From the NCBI GenBank assembly GCA_030167865.1, contig JALAGF010005473.1, positions 1-64,000 on the forward strand: 64,000 nucleotides of DNA, written 5' to 3'. The notes below the pieces were generated by a model. The model was given only the letters and a program-made list of their open reading frames with translations. It was not told where the DNA came from and did not search any database. Both the position numbers and the translations under genes were made by a program. Positions 21,161-31,200 of this stretch are shown piece after piece; the first letter of the stretch is position 1; every line of letters begins with the position of its first letter. This DNA comes from Craspedostauros australis (taxonomy: Eukaryota).

Positions 21161-23686
21161 ATGCCATCGATTTACTCATCGCACTCATCGCGACGCCGGC
21201 GGCGGTCGATCTTCTCCGGCAGGGCAAGGGGATCGTCGCATGGGACAAGCATGGCGGCGAGCGCAGCAGGCACGGCGTCGCCGACGGGCGCCACTGGTTT
21301 GATGGAGGATCAGGGCGACGACACGCCCACCAGGAGGCTCATCGACGTCAGCATCACCTCCACTTCCAGCTCCAGTCCGACCACCGATCCTGCTGCTGTG
21401 TCCTCCTCTCCATCCTCCAGGTACATCACCAACTTCGATGCCTACGAAGAACAGGAGGCCATGGAGGATCCAAGCACCAACAGCGTGCCTGTTCAGCGCG
21501 CAGAGAAGCACACCAACGACAGGCCCAGCACCATGTGGGAGGAGCTGCGCCGGTCCATGCGCAGGAGATCGAGCAACGGCAGCACGGCCGCTGGTCGCGT
21601 GCGAGGCAACCGTCCGTTCCGCAACAACAACAATGATGCCAGTCTCGGACGACAGCGCAGCAGCAGCAAAAGCCCGGGTCGCCGTTTGGTTCCCGTCGTG
21701 CTGGATGAGTACAAGAACATCAATCGTCAGAGCGACGCCTACAACGGCGAGCTGCCTGCCAAACCCAGCGCCTTCGCGTTGCCATCGCTGTCGTCCTCCA
21801 CGGCGCCTTTGCCTCCGGTGCCGATTGCGCCGGTTCCTACGCGCGATGCCGATCCGATTGTCGACTCCCCGGACAGTCTCGGCGTGCTGGCATCGCCTTC
21901 CTCTTGGGCCGAGTACGACAGCATGCTCCCGCAGGTCCAAACGAAACCGCAGCCGGATGCCGATATCTTCCGAGCCGTCACGGTCTCGCCCACCGACGAT
22001 CATCGACGCACGAGAATACAGCAGCCGTGCGACGTGGATCAGATCAGCAACAACGATGTGCAGCCACCGGCCACCGCGTTTGCGGATACAGAGAAACTGT
22101 CCGTTCGGAAACAGCTCGATTTCGAGACCTCGAGGAGTAGCGTTGCGTCGCATCAGGAAGCGCCACCCATCATTGCGGAGCCGCCCCGAGCCATATCTTT
22201 CGATCAGCTGCTGGGAGATAGTATCTTCCTGCAGGCCGAGGCAACGGATGCGGCTGTCGCAGAGACTGTCAAAACGCCAGTCAAGATGGGAACAAAACAT
22301 GAAGCAGACCAGCAATTAGTCCAAGACGAGGACTTGGCTGAGAACGACAGCGAGAGCAACCCATCACTCACGCAGGAGCAACGGCCAGCAAGCGTTGATG
22401 ATGATGAACATGCAAGCAATGAGGACATTGATGATGCAAACAATAAACATACAAGCAATGACGACATTGATGATGCAAACAATGAAAATGCCTGCGATTC
22501 AAACGGCACACATGCCGACAGCATGGCTCGCGGTGGCAGCAGCATCATCAGCGGCAGATTAGACAGCCCCTGCAACGGCAACAGCTTGGGCAGTATGAGC
22601 AGTGATGGGAGCGTGGACAGCGACGATAACACCTTCCTGAGCGCAAGCTTCTCAACGCCCACGCAAACCCAGGAAATTGCGACAGCCAAGAATTCCTCAA
22701 AGAATCGCACAGTTCGTTTTGCCGACGAGGCCGGATTGCCCATGTTCGAAATCTTCTCCATCGGTGGACCCAACGACCCCAACGCTCTGCACCGCACCAT
22801 CGTCATGCTCCTCAGTCCCGCGAATCGGCAATTCGAATTCATCCAGGCCGAGTTTCGAATTCACTCCCAAACAACCGTCGCCGACTTCCTCGAGCAGCTC
22901 CCCAACATGGCAACCAACCCCGTCTTCCAAACCCAATCCTTCACCTCCATCTGTCGCACCGAAGACAACCAACACTGCTTTTCCAATTCCGACGTCCTGC
23001 GCGATTGCGAATTCTACCGCAACGAAGTCCTCGTCGCCGTCAACAAAGGCCACGAGGTGTCCACCTTGCTGCAATGTGCCATGCCCTTGTTGCGCAACGA
23101 CCGCATCACCAAGGCCGTCAAATTCGCACGGCGGTCCGGACGCGGATTGAAATATATTCGCAGTCGCGAAGAGATGATCCATGATGCCAAGCAGCAAGCG
23201 GATGGTTGCGACGAAGAGAAGAAAGACGAAGAAAAGGAAGAGGTTGGTGCGACGGTGAAAGAAGCCAGTGAGGAACAGAAAAGCGACGACGAAGCGGATC
23301 TCGCCGCTTGCAAAGATCCACCGGTGGTCGAAACGAAAGAATCGTCCAGCACGGATGACGCTACTGCTGACGACCAATTCAAGGATGCGACGCAGGCGAG
23401 CCTGGATCACCTGAAGCATGTCAAATCACGCGAGGATACTGCGAAAACGAGGTTTGACCGCATGCAGGCCAAGCGCAAGCTCAAGGCGGTCAACAAGCAG
23501 CAACCCAAGGATGATTCAGAAACGAATGATGACAAACTTGATCCGCTGACAGAGTACTTGGTGAACAATGATGATTCTGGCGTGGTCAAATTGGTGCAAA
23601 CAGGCCTCCTGGCGACCTTCGGTGTGCTCGTCTCCATGTCGATGGGACGGAAAAAGAATAAGCGAAAACAGGAGGCACAAGCCTAA
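21161..23686 (+). CDS. 841-aa protein: disordered N-half, RVxF-like motif, globular domain of unknown function, C-terminal hydrophobic helix
   Basis: Long intronless ORF with coding-like codon usage. KNRTVRFADEAGLP, then a globular segment IVMLLSPANRQFEFIQAEF...TTVADFLEQLP, and LVQTGLLATFGVLVSMSMG followed by RKKNKRK. Confidence 0.8.
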   Translation: MPSIYSSHSSRRRRRSIFSGRARGSSHGTSMAASAAGTASPTGATGLMEDQGDDTPTRRLIDVSITSTSSSSPTTDPAAVSSSPSSRYITNFDAYEEQEAMEDPSTNSVPVQRAEKHTNDRPSTMWEELRRSMRRRSSNGSTAAGRVRGNRPFRNNNNDASLGRQRSSSKSPGRRLVPVVLDEYKNINRQSDAYNGELPAKPSAFALPSLSSSTAPLPPVPIAPVPTRDADPIVDSPDSLGVLASPSSWAEYDSMLPQVQTKPQPDADIFRAVTVSPTDDHRRTRIQQPCDVDQISNNDVQPPATAFADTEKLSVRKQLDFETSRSSVASHQEAPPIIAEPPRAISFDQLLGDSIFLQAEATDAAVAETVKTPVKMGTKHEADQQLVQDEDLAENDSESNPSLTQEQRPASVDDDEHASNEDIDDANNKHTSNDDIDDANNENACDSNGTHADSMARGGSSIISGRLDSPCNGNSLGSMSSDGSVDSDDNTFLSASFSTPTQTQEIATAKNSSKNRTVRFADEAGLPMFEIFSIGGPNDPNALHRTIVMLLSPANRQFEFIQAEFRIHSQTTVADFLEQLPNMATNPVFQTQSFTSICRTEDNQHCFSNSDVLRDCEFYRNEVLVAVNKGHEVSTLLQCAMPLLRNDRITKAVKFARRSGRGLKYIRSREEMIHDAKQQADGCDEEKKDEEKEEVGATVKEASEEQKSDDEADLAACKDPPVVETKESSSTDDATADDQFKDATQASLDHLKHVKSREDTAKTRFDRMQAKRKLKAVNKQQPKDDSETNDDKLDPLTEYLVNNDDSGVVKLVQTGLLATFGVLVSMSMGRKKNKRKQEAQA

Positions 23687-23995
23687 GGAGAGCGTTGGTA
23701 TGCATTGGTATAGTCGTACAGTGATACCATAACATCACGCTCCATGAACCAACAACAGCATTCCAACGAAATACAATAGAAGACGCCCCAACAGTGCAGC
23801 ACGTTCAATGGTTGCTTGCATCTGCATCTCTATCTATGATTAATGTTGTCTTTTCGCAGCAACGTGTGGCTGCTCGTTCCATTGTCCAGTTGGATGTACA
23901 TACCATGCAAATGATTTGCAAGGTACATGGCACTTCCGTTCCTGCTTACCGACATTTGTGCTCGTACTCGCAGTCGCACTTGTATTCGTAGGTGT

Positions 23996-26098
23996 CTACA
24001 GATACGTCGATGTATCTCGCAGCAAGGCCCGGCGCCTATTCTTGGCTTCGCGCGCCGCGGCCTTGGCCTTATCCTTCTTGTGCTGCTTCGGTGTCTTCTT
24101 TGGGCTGGACGACCGTGGCTTGCGATTCAAGTCCGGCGGCGGGATCACCGGATTGGGCTTCGTCCCATTCGTCACGAAGTACTGCACGAATTGTTCGGGT
24201 ATGTCCTTCAATCCGTCCGCCACCACCTCGCTGGCGTTGCCGGCAAATCGTTTGAAGCTCACAAAGTGGACGATGTCACGAGCGATCGGGACGTTGCGAG
24301 AATCCCGCATGGGACCCTTCTCGTTGGTGCAGGCGCGTTCGATCGCGGAAAAGTCGCGGTTGCCCACGCCGATGATAACGATGGACAGCGGGGCGTCCTC
24401 CGCAGCGGCGCAAATGAGATCGATGGATTCCTGGAGGTCCGTGATGCTGCCGGTGGTGAAGACGCACAGTATGGTGTAGCTCTGCCGGTTCTTGCACGAT
24501 CGGATGGCACGGAACGTGGTGGCCTCGATCAGCGGCTTCAGCCGGACGCCGGTTTCGCCCAATGCGAACTTCTTGTTCTTCGCGATGCTGCTGTCGTACG
24601 TCTGGAGCATCTCGCGGGCTTCGACGAGGCGATCGGCCATCATGAAGACGTCCTGGTCTTCGCCGTCGACCTTGCCTCCGAATCCCCACATCGAGGAATG
24701 GCGCCCGCGTGCGAAGTTCTCCATGATGGAGCCGAACTTCTGGATGCCGGCTTGGTAGTCATTCAGCCAATGGCTCGCGCTGTGGTGCAGGCCTTGTACG
24801 CCCGTGCCGTTGTTGATGCTGCAATCGATGCCGATCATGAGGTCGAGGGAGCAACCGCCGCTGAGATGCTCAAGCATGGATGGGATGGTGAGGACGTTGG
24901 CCTTGAGGACCTTCATGAGGCCCACCGGCTTGGGTTTGGAACCACCGAACCACTTCCTCCGCTCGCGCATGACCTGAAAGACCGGGATGCCATCGATCTT
25001 GGCCTTGGCCTTTTCGACGAGCTCGTTGACTGTGGACTCTACGTATCCCATGTGATCGTGCTGTGTGGAATGCTTCTCGTAATCCCAAATCGTGACCTTG
25101 ACGGGATCGCGGCGAAACCCATTGCACAGCAGCTGCAACGGCAACCGCGCCACCTTCCATGTGGGGCTCAGCGAATCCTTGACGACCTCCGACTTCCACA
25201 CCACTTCCCAGCTCTGATCATCCTTGCGCAGCTTCTCCACCTGGAAGTACGGATTGGACTTGTCCAGCACTTTCGATTGGTCGAGCAGACTCTGTTGCTT
25301 GATCAAGTCCTGACATGAGAACCTGAATTCCAGCACTTCTCTCGTGTCCACGATCTCTGCATTCATCCGTTGGTTGGTGTCGGTGTCGGAGGCATGAAAG
25401 GAGGAAAAGTGGAGAAGTTGGGCAAGACAAGCAAGGCAAGGCAAGACGGGCAAGGTGGGCAACGAGGAAGAGGGAGAATGATGGCGGTGGTCAGTATGGG
25501 CAACGCGCGCGAGTTGGAATGAAACAGAGGAGGATACTCTACCAATACGAGTGGAGGGCACTGTTATGCCTCGAGCAGTGGTACCACAACGAGTACACGC
25601 GGTGGTATGGTACGCACCATCTCCCGTGATGACGAGGAAGGACTTATCCCGACCCAACCGCTTGAGGATCGTGCGTCCCTTGGCTCCCAGCAGCTGCCCC
25701 AGCGTGAAGATGCACCCTCCGAGGTAGTGGTGCTCGTTGAGGTCCGTGATCATGTTGAGATCTTCGCTGTACACGCGCAGGATGTAGGTCTGCTCTTCGT
25801 TGAACGTGAAGTCGAGCGGGAACTTGGTCTTGAAGGTCGGATTGGCGACGCCGTTCTGCGTCTCCGTCCGGTTGATCTCATCCTCCTGGCGGCCGGGCAG
25901 GTTGGATGGCATGCCCTTGATCATCGGCGGGGTGTAGCCATTGGGGACCCTCCACAGCACGCAGAAGGCATCGGCCTGGCTGAGCAGGTCCTTCTTGGGG
26001 AGGCGTTTGCATTGGATGACGAGCTCGACCTTGATGATCGGCGCAGTCAGCCGCGATGGCCACGCGAATTTGGAGAAGTCCTTTGACTTGTACTTCAT
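23996..26098 (-). CDS. Copine (C2-C2-vWA). Exons 26098-25618 and 25356-23996, with an in-frame 261-nt intron
   Basis: C2A (CKRLPKKDLLSQADAFCVL...NPTFKTKF), C2B (DKSNPYF...WKSEVVKDSLSPTW) and vWA (MIGIDCS...WGFGG...APLSIVIIGVGNRDF...ARDIVHFVSF). Intron G|GTGCGT...TGCAG|AG. Confidence 0.92.
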   Translation of the reverse strand: MKYKSKDFSKFAWPSRLTAPIIKVELVIQCKRLPKKDLLSQADAFCVLWRVPNGYTPPMIKGMPSNLPGRQEDEINRTETQNGVANPTFKTKFPLDFTFNEEQTYILRVYSEDLNMITDLNEHHYLGGCIFTLGQLLGAKGRTILKRLGRDKSFLVITGDGAYHTTACTRCGTTARGITVPSTRIGRVSSSVSFQLARVAHTDHRHHSPSSSLPTLPVLPCLACLAQLLHFSSFHASDTDTNQRMNAEIVDTREVLEFRFSCQDLIKQQSLLDQSKVLDKSNPYFQVEKLRKDDQSWEVVWKSEVVKDSLSPTWKVARLPLQLLCNGFRRDPVKVTIWDYEKHSTQHDHMGYVESTVNELVEKAKAKIDGIPVFQVMRERRKWFGGSKPKPVGLMKVLKANVLTIPSMLEHLSGGCSLDLMIGIDCSINNGTGVQGLHHSASHWLNDYQAGIQKFGSIMENFARGRHSSMWGFGGKVDGEDQDVFMMADRLVEAREMLQTYDSSIAKNKKFALGETGVRLKPLIEATTFRAIRSCKNRQSYTILCVFTTGSITDLQESIDLICAAAEDAPLSIVIIGVGNRDFSAIERACTNEKGPMRDSRNVPIARDIVHFVSFKRFAGNASEVVADGLKDIPEQFVQYFVTNGTKPNPVIPPPDLNRKPRSSSPKKTPKQHKKDKAKAAAREAKNRRRALLRDTSTYL

Positions 26099-26347
26099 CT
26101 CAACCCTTTGCTCCTTTTGTTCCTATTGGCCTTGCTATTGGAGGTGCTATTAGGGTTGCCGCCACTTCGCTTGCTCTCCTGGTCTCCTGATTGTTGCCGG
26201 TCACGGTCATTCCGATGATTCCTCCAAAACTCCGTCCGCCATTGTCGATGTTGCCGTTGTCGTACTCAGCCGGGGTTACCAGCGTGTTGTGGTGCGTTTC
26301 GCTGTTGGTGTGCGTTTTGCGCCATCTTCCCAGAATTTATTCGTGTC

Positions 26348-26481
26348 TGTTGGCATACGGTCGCAGACAGACGGTGCAGCAGCACACACCCATGGTCACA
26401 GCCTCTGCCAGATCGGAGATAATCACAATAATCACATCATCACACACACAACACATCACGTATCGTCTCCCGATCATCACA
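26348..26481 (+). repeat. 5' LTR (134 bp)
   Basis: TGTTGGCATACGG...GATCATCACA, identical by eye to 32284-32417. Confidence 0.97.
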
Positions 26482-26490
26482 GGTTATGAG
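26482..26490 (+). promoter_or_regulatory. Primer-binding site GGTTATGAG (half-tRNA-iMet type)
   Basis: Abuts the 5' LTR and lacks the TGG of CCA-end priming. Complementary to the CUCAUAACC anticodon arm of initiator tRNA-Met, as in Ty5/copia (hemivirus-type) priming. Confidence 0.75.
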
Positions 26491-26615
26491 GAAATAAGCT
26501 TTAAGGCTCATCCTGCTACTCTGTACCCTCTGCTGTTGTTGGAAATCCACATCCGCGCAGCTCCTTTTTTCCACTACTTCCTCGCTCTCTTTTCCGTATC
26601 CATTCTTCGCACATC

Positions 26616-28286
26616 ATGCCCGCCAAAACCTACAACCTCGATTCTGAGGAACTCAAAGGTCTCGCGTCTCTCTTCGCGCGCCTCAACTGGCATTGGGCTG
26701 GCCACTTCGTCACCGGCGCCAACCTTCAAGACACGCTGGACCTCTGGGACTTCCTCGAGCTCGACGATGCGCTGTTCGACGCCTTCTTCGCGAACTGGCC
26801 CAAGAACTCGGTTACGCGCGAATTCGGACTCCGCCAACTCCGGCGCTACTACCAGGACCACCCCGACGTTGCGTCTTGGGTTGATGTTCTCAGTCGTGAC
26901 GACCTGCGCAAGTACAAGCGTGATGGCAAGCCGGCCGCCGTGCCTCCACCGAAGGTGCCCCCAGCCGCGCCTACCGCTGATACTGCCGACGTCGTCGCTG
27001 ATGCGCCGCTACCTGGTCACTACAGCCCTTCTGACGCTGCTGCTGGTGCCACGACTGCGCCGCCTCCGGACCCCGTGCTTGGCACTGAGGAACACCCGCT
27101 CGATATCCCAGACGCGGGCCGTGAGCCGCTGCCAGGTGATTCTACAGACTACATCACTGGGTCTGGTCTTCCCTATGCTGCCGCCAATGGCAACCCGTCC
27201 ACGCTCGCGCACTTCTCCTACAAGGCTGTGCTCTCTCCTATCGAGCCTGACAGGGATGCTACTGGGTACTGGCAGCGCTGGGTGGCCAAGCTCGTGGTGG
27301 ACCAGCCTGCCGATGTGCTCAAGTGGTACACCCAGTTTCAGGGTGAGGCTGATTGTGTCAACATTGCACTCGTGCCATTGTCCCACTTCAACGCCCGGTG
27401 CTCGCTCATCCCCAAGAATGCCACTCGCGCCATCGTCATGCGCTCTGGTGTGCAACTCAATCGCAAGCTTCAGGAGGACGGCATCCTCAACCTCTCCGAT
27501 CCGTCTGTCAAGATGTATCACACGGCGTGCTTTGGCGTGGTGCCCCATCGCCTGTCTGGGTACATGCTCTTGCACCAGGTGCTCCATGATGCCTTCCAGC
27601 GCATCGAGCGCACTGTCAGCCAGGCTCCTGCCTACTCTGACTTCCGTGACGTCGTGCTCTACGCGGACGCTCTCCTTGCGTACCAGCAGACTGAGACCGT
27701 CGTGCACAAGCGCACCTTCACGGACGTTGAAATGACGCGTCGATTCCTGGAAGACCTTCGCGCCAGTGGCCTGGACGTTGGGCACTTGGTCACTTCGCTG
27801 GAGCTTCTGCCGCAAGGTAAGCGAGTGCTGCCCCATCTCCATGTGTCAGCACTGGCCAGGACCATCCACTCTGATCCCACCGTGCCTACTCGCCCCACTG
27901 GGCACCGTGCCCAAACCCGTTCGTCCACTCGACAAGGTGCAGGTGGCGGTTTCCGTGGTGAACGCCAGCGATCGGCGTTTTACCAACCTGACAAGGACGC
28001 TTTTTGCACGGCTTGCCGGCGTGGAGGACACAAGGCTGAGTCCTGTCTCAATTGGGCAAGACACCTTGCATTTGCCGAGCTCCGTGAGTCTGAGCCAGCC
28101 CTGGCGTCCACGGTCCTTGCGAAATTCAAGGAGACCTACACCAAGGACAAGTCTCGAGCCCTCGCCAGAGCACTTCGGCTGACTCACGCCGACCTTGGCA
28201 ATGACGACAACCTCGACGATGGCGCCGTTGTTGCGCACGTTGAGGACCTGCTGCTGCAGGATTTTGTGCTTGCTGGCCAGGACTAA
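26616..28286 (+). CDS. gag: Retrotransposon Gag, 556 aa
   Basis: First ORF after the PBS, with a CCHC zinc knuckle (CTACRRGGHKAESC) near the C-terminus. Confidence 0.9.
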   Translation: MPAKTYNLDSEELKGLASLFARLNWHWAGHFVTGANLQDTLDLWDFLELDDALFDAFFANWPKNSVTREFGLRQLRRYYQDHPDVASWVDVLSRDDLRKYKRDGKPAAVPPPKVPPAAPTADTADVVADAPLPGHYSPSDAAAGATTAPPPDPVLGTEEHPLDIPDAGREPLPGDSTDYITGSGLPYAAANGNPSTLAHFSYKAVLSPIEPDRDATGYWQRWVAKLVVDQPADVLKWYTQFQGEADCVNIALVPLSHFNARCSLIPKNATRAIVMRSGVQLNRKLQEDGILNLSDPSVKMYHTACFGVVPHRLSGYMLLHQVLHDAFQRIERTVSQAPAYSDFRDVVLYADALLAYQQTETVVHKRTFTDVEMTRRFLEDLRASGLDVGHLVTSLELLPQGKRVLPHLHVSALARTIHSDPTVPTRPTGHRAQTRSSTRQGAGGGFRGERQRSAFYQPDKDAFCTACRRGGHKAESCLNWARHLAFAELRESEPALASTVLAKFKETYTKDKSRALARALRLTHADLGNDDNLDDGAVVAHVEDLLLQDFVLAGQD

Positions 28287-31200
28287 AACTGTGTCCTGGT
28301 GAGCAGCTCAAAAACGTTTCCCGTGCATGCGAGACACCTGTAGGCGCTCCATATGGAGAGGTGTCTTCGCTTACCACAGCCTACGCGCACCAGCCTCCTT
28401 CCAAGCTGGTGCCATTTGTGGCCTGTGCTGACATGACGCTGTTCGCAGCATCTACTCGGCAGGTATCACAACGTGCGTGGCGCCAACAAGACCATGGGCA
28501 GTGTGACCCTGGTGCCAATGTCTGTGCCACGCCGCACATCGACATGCTTCGCGCCTATGAAGTCTTTGCGCAGCCCATCCTTCTTGAGGCTGCCAATGCT
28601 TCGGCCCCTACTATGGAGTGTCCTGGCGCCGGCGTCATGCAATTGCATGGTACTCAGGACCGCAGCGTCTCTGTACGTATGCTCCACTGTCCACACTTGG
28701 CTGACACGCTTGTTTCACCACAGGCTATCGTTGGGCAATCCGACAACGACTTCCAAGGTTTCTTCGTGCACTCCGCACCCCATGGAGCGCGAGTAGTCTT
28801 CACGTCCAGCACTGGTGAAGTCGAGGTTCCCCTTGTGGTGCGCAATGGCCTGTACTACTTCCAAGGTCCATCTCAGTGCGTGTTTTCCATCCGCAAGGCA
28901 TCTGCCACACTCGTGTCGGAGCTCTGGCATCTCCGCCTTGGCCACGTTGGCATGAGTCAGCTTCCCTTGCTTTCCAAGTGCGCTACGGGTATACCGCCTG
29001 AGGCCATCGCTGCAGTGCACCCACTACGGCACTGTGATGCGTGCAGCCAGGCTGGATACCAACATGCGGCCCGAGGTCCCAATGATACTCAGACAGCCAA
29101 CGTCCCTGGCGCAAGGTTCCATGTCGACTTTGGGTTCATGCGTGCGTCCAATGCGCAGTATGGGCTGAAGGGCAAGAGTCCGCGTGACTCGCGTGTGGTA
29201 CGATCTGTGGATGGATACTGCGCATACCTTCTTGTGGTGGATGCGTACACGGCGTACGTCTGGGTCTTCATGACCAAGGACAAGTCTCCACCCATCGTGG
29301 CTGTCCGGCAGGTGCTCACGTCGTTTGGCAGGTCCAGTGGATACAGGGCAGTCCGTGTTGATTTGGGTGGCGAACTGGCGCGCTCCGATCAATTCCGTGC
29401 CATGGTGATGGAGTGTGGTTACACAGTTGAGCCCACCGGAGCCGACTGCGCCTGGATGAACGGCAAGGTCGAGCGCCTTAACCGCACATTTGGCACCATG
29501 GTGCGGGCGCTCTTGTACTCTGCCGGCATGCAACCACATTTCTGGTCCAAGGCGCTTGCACACGCCGTCTACCTGAAGAACCGGCTGTACCACTCGGGCA
29601 TCCGCACCACTCCGTACGAGAGGCAGCATGGCGTCCAACCTGATCTCTCTCACTTGCGAGTGTTTGGGTCTCGCGTTACAGTCAAGAAGCCTGGGAAGGC
29701 TGCTGCCAAGCTCGACGTGCACACCTACGATGGCATCTTCGTTGGGCACACCGCCACACAGGCACTGCATGAGTACTTTGATCTCCGCACTGGCCGGTTC
29801 AAGCGCGCTGGGAACATTGTGTTCGACGAGGCACACTTCTCATCGACTCATCGGCCGCCTGGGCCGCAGCTGCTCTTTGATCTGGGATTTAAGCAGCCAG
29901 TTGCGGTTGAGTGCGATGCCGCCCGTGTGGGGACTGCTTCATATCCTCGCCTTGGGAAGAAGGCTTCTGCCACACCACCACTCGCGTGCCGAGTGCCGCT
30001 CCCTCTTGGAGATCTGCTTGATCGTGCCATCCAGCATGCGTCCGCTGCGGCCTGCTCCACCACCGATGCCACCCATACTGTGGATATTGACATGGCTGAT
30101 GATCCATTTGGGTACAGCTTCGACCAGACTGTCGCAATCGCTGGGACCGACGTCACTTTGGGCTTCGACTTTCGGTACGACGCGCGAAGAGATCGCCTCG
30201 TGCTCATCATGTGCCGGCCTGGGCAGCCTTCTGCACGGATACCAAGGTGGAGATCGCGTCTTCGGCACTCTCACCTGCAGACTGTTCATGGCCACGATGT
30301 GCACAACCTGGATCAGCTCAAGGCGTGCATCCGCAAGCTGCGCGACGACAACATCACGTCTGCTGTGTTCACCTTCGCGTTTGACGACGTCCGCAACGCG
30401 CTCTCCCAGACTGGTGTCCCGCAGATGTACTTTGATCAACTTCGCAATGTGAGGGACATCATCGGGTCCATCAGTCCAGTCGCACGTGCCACCAGCGTCA
30501 CTAATGCGCCTGTGAAGCTCACTCGACGGAAGCTTCTACAGCAGGACGACTGGCCTGAGTGGAGTGCAGCTGAGTACAAACAATTGGATCAGTATGATGC
30601 GCAACGGATGTTTGGAGAGCCCGTCGTGCCCCCTGAAGGAGCAGCTGTGTTCAACTGGGTTTGGGTCTATGTGGTAAAAACCCATGAAAATAATCGCAAG
30701 AAGGCTCGCGCCGTGTGCGACGGATCCACTCGAGGCGGTCATGCTCGCGTCTTTGGCCACACCTATGCCGCCACGCCCGACCTGACGGAGTTGCGCATTC
30801 TTCTTGCCATTGCGGCGGTTCAAGGACTCAAAGTCTATGGCTCTGACGTCACCAATGCATTTGCGGAAGCCCCAGCTGGCGAACAACGGTACTACATGCG
30901 TGTTGACGAGCAGTATCGCGCCTGGTGGGAAACGCGACGTGGTCAGCACATGCCCAGTGGCGCTGTCATCCCAGTTCTCAAGAACTTGCAAGGTCACCCC
31001 GAGGCACCCAGGTTGTGGAGTCTTCATGTCAACGGACTACTTCGTGCGATGGACTTTCAGGCCACTACCCACGCGCCATGTCTCTACACTGGGAGCATTC
31101 GAGGGTCCAAGGTGTACGTCCTGCGACAAGTGGATGACTTCGCGGTTGCGGCCACCTCCGAGGGTGTTTTTGACACATTCTGCGATCGCCTGGACAAAAG

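Noticed and set aside
23927..25318. 463-aa plus-strand ORF, and similar long antisense ORFs at 21185-22315, 53555-54439, 57578-58513 and 436-1158
   Set aside because: These are antisense shadows of genes with strong codon bias and have no domain features.
26191..27735. 514-aa ORF crossing the LTR and overlapping gag
   Set aside because: It has a non-ATG start outside the element, crosses the insertion junction, and is a low-complexity alternative frame of GC-rich gag.
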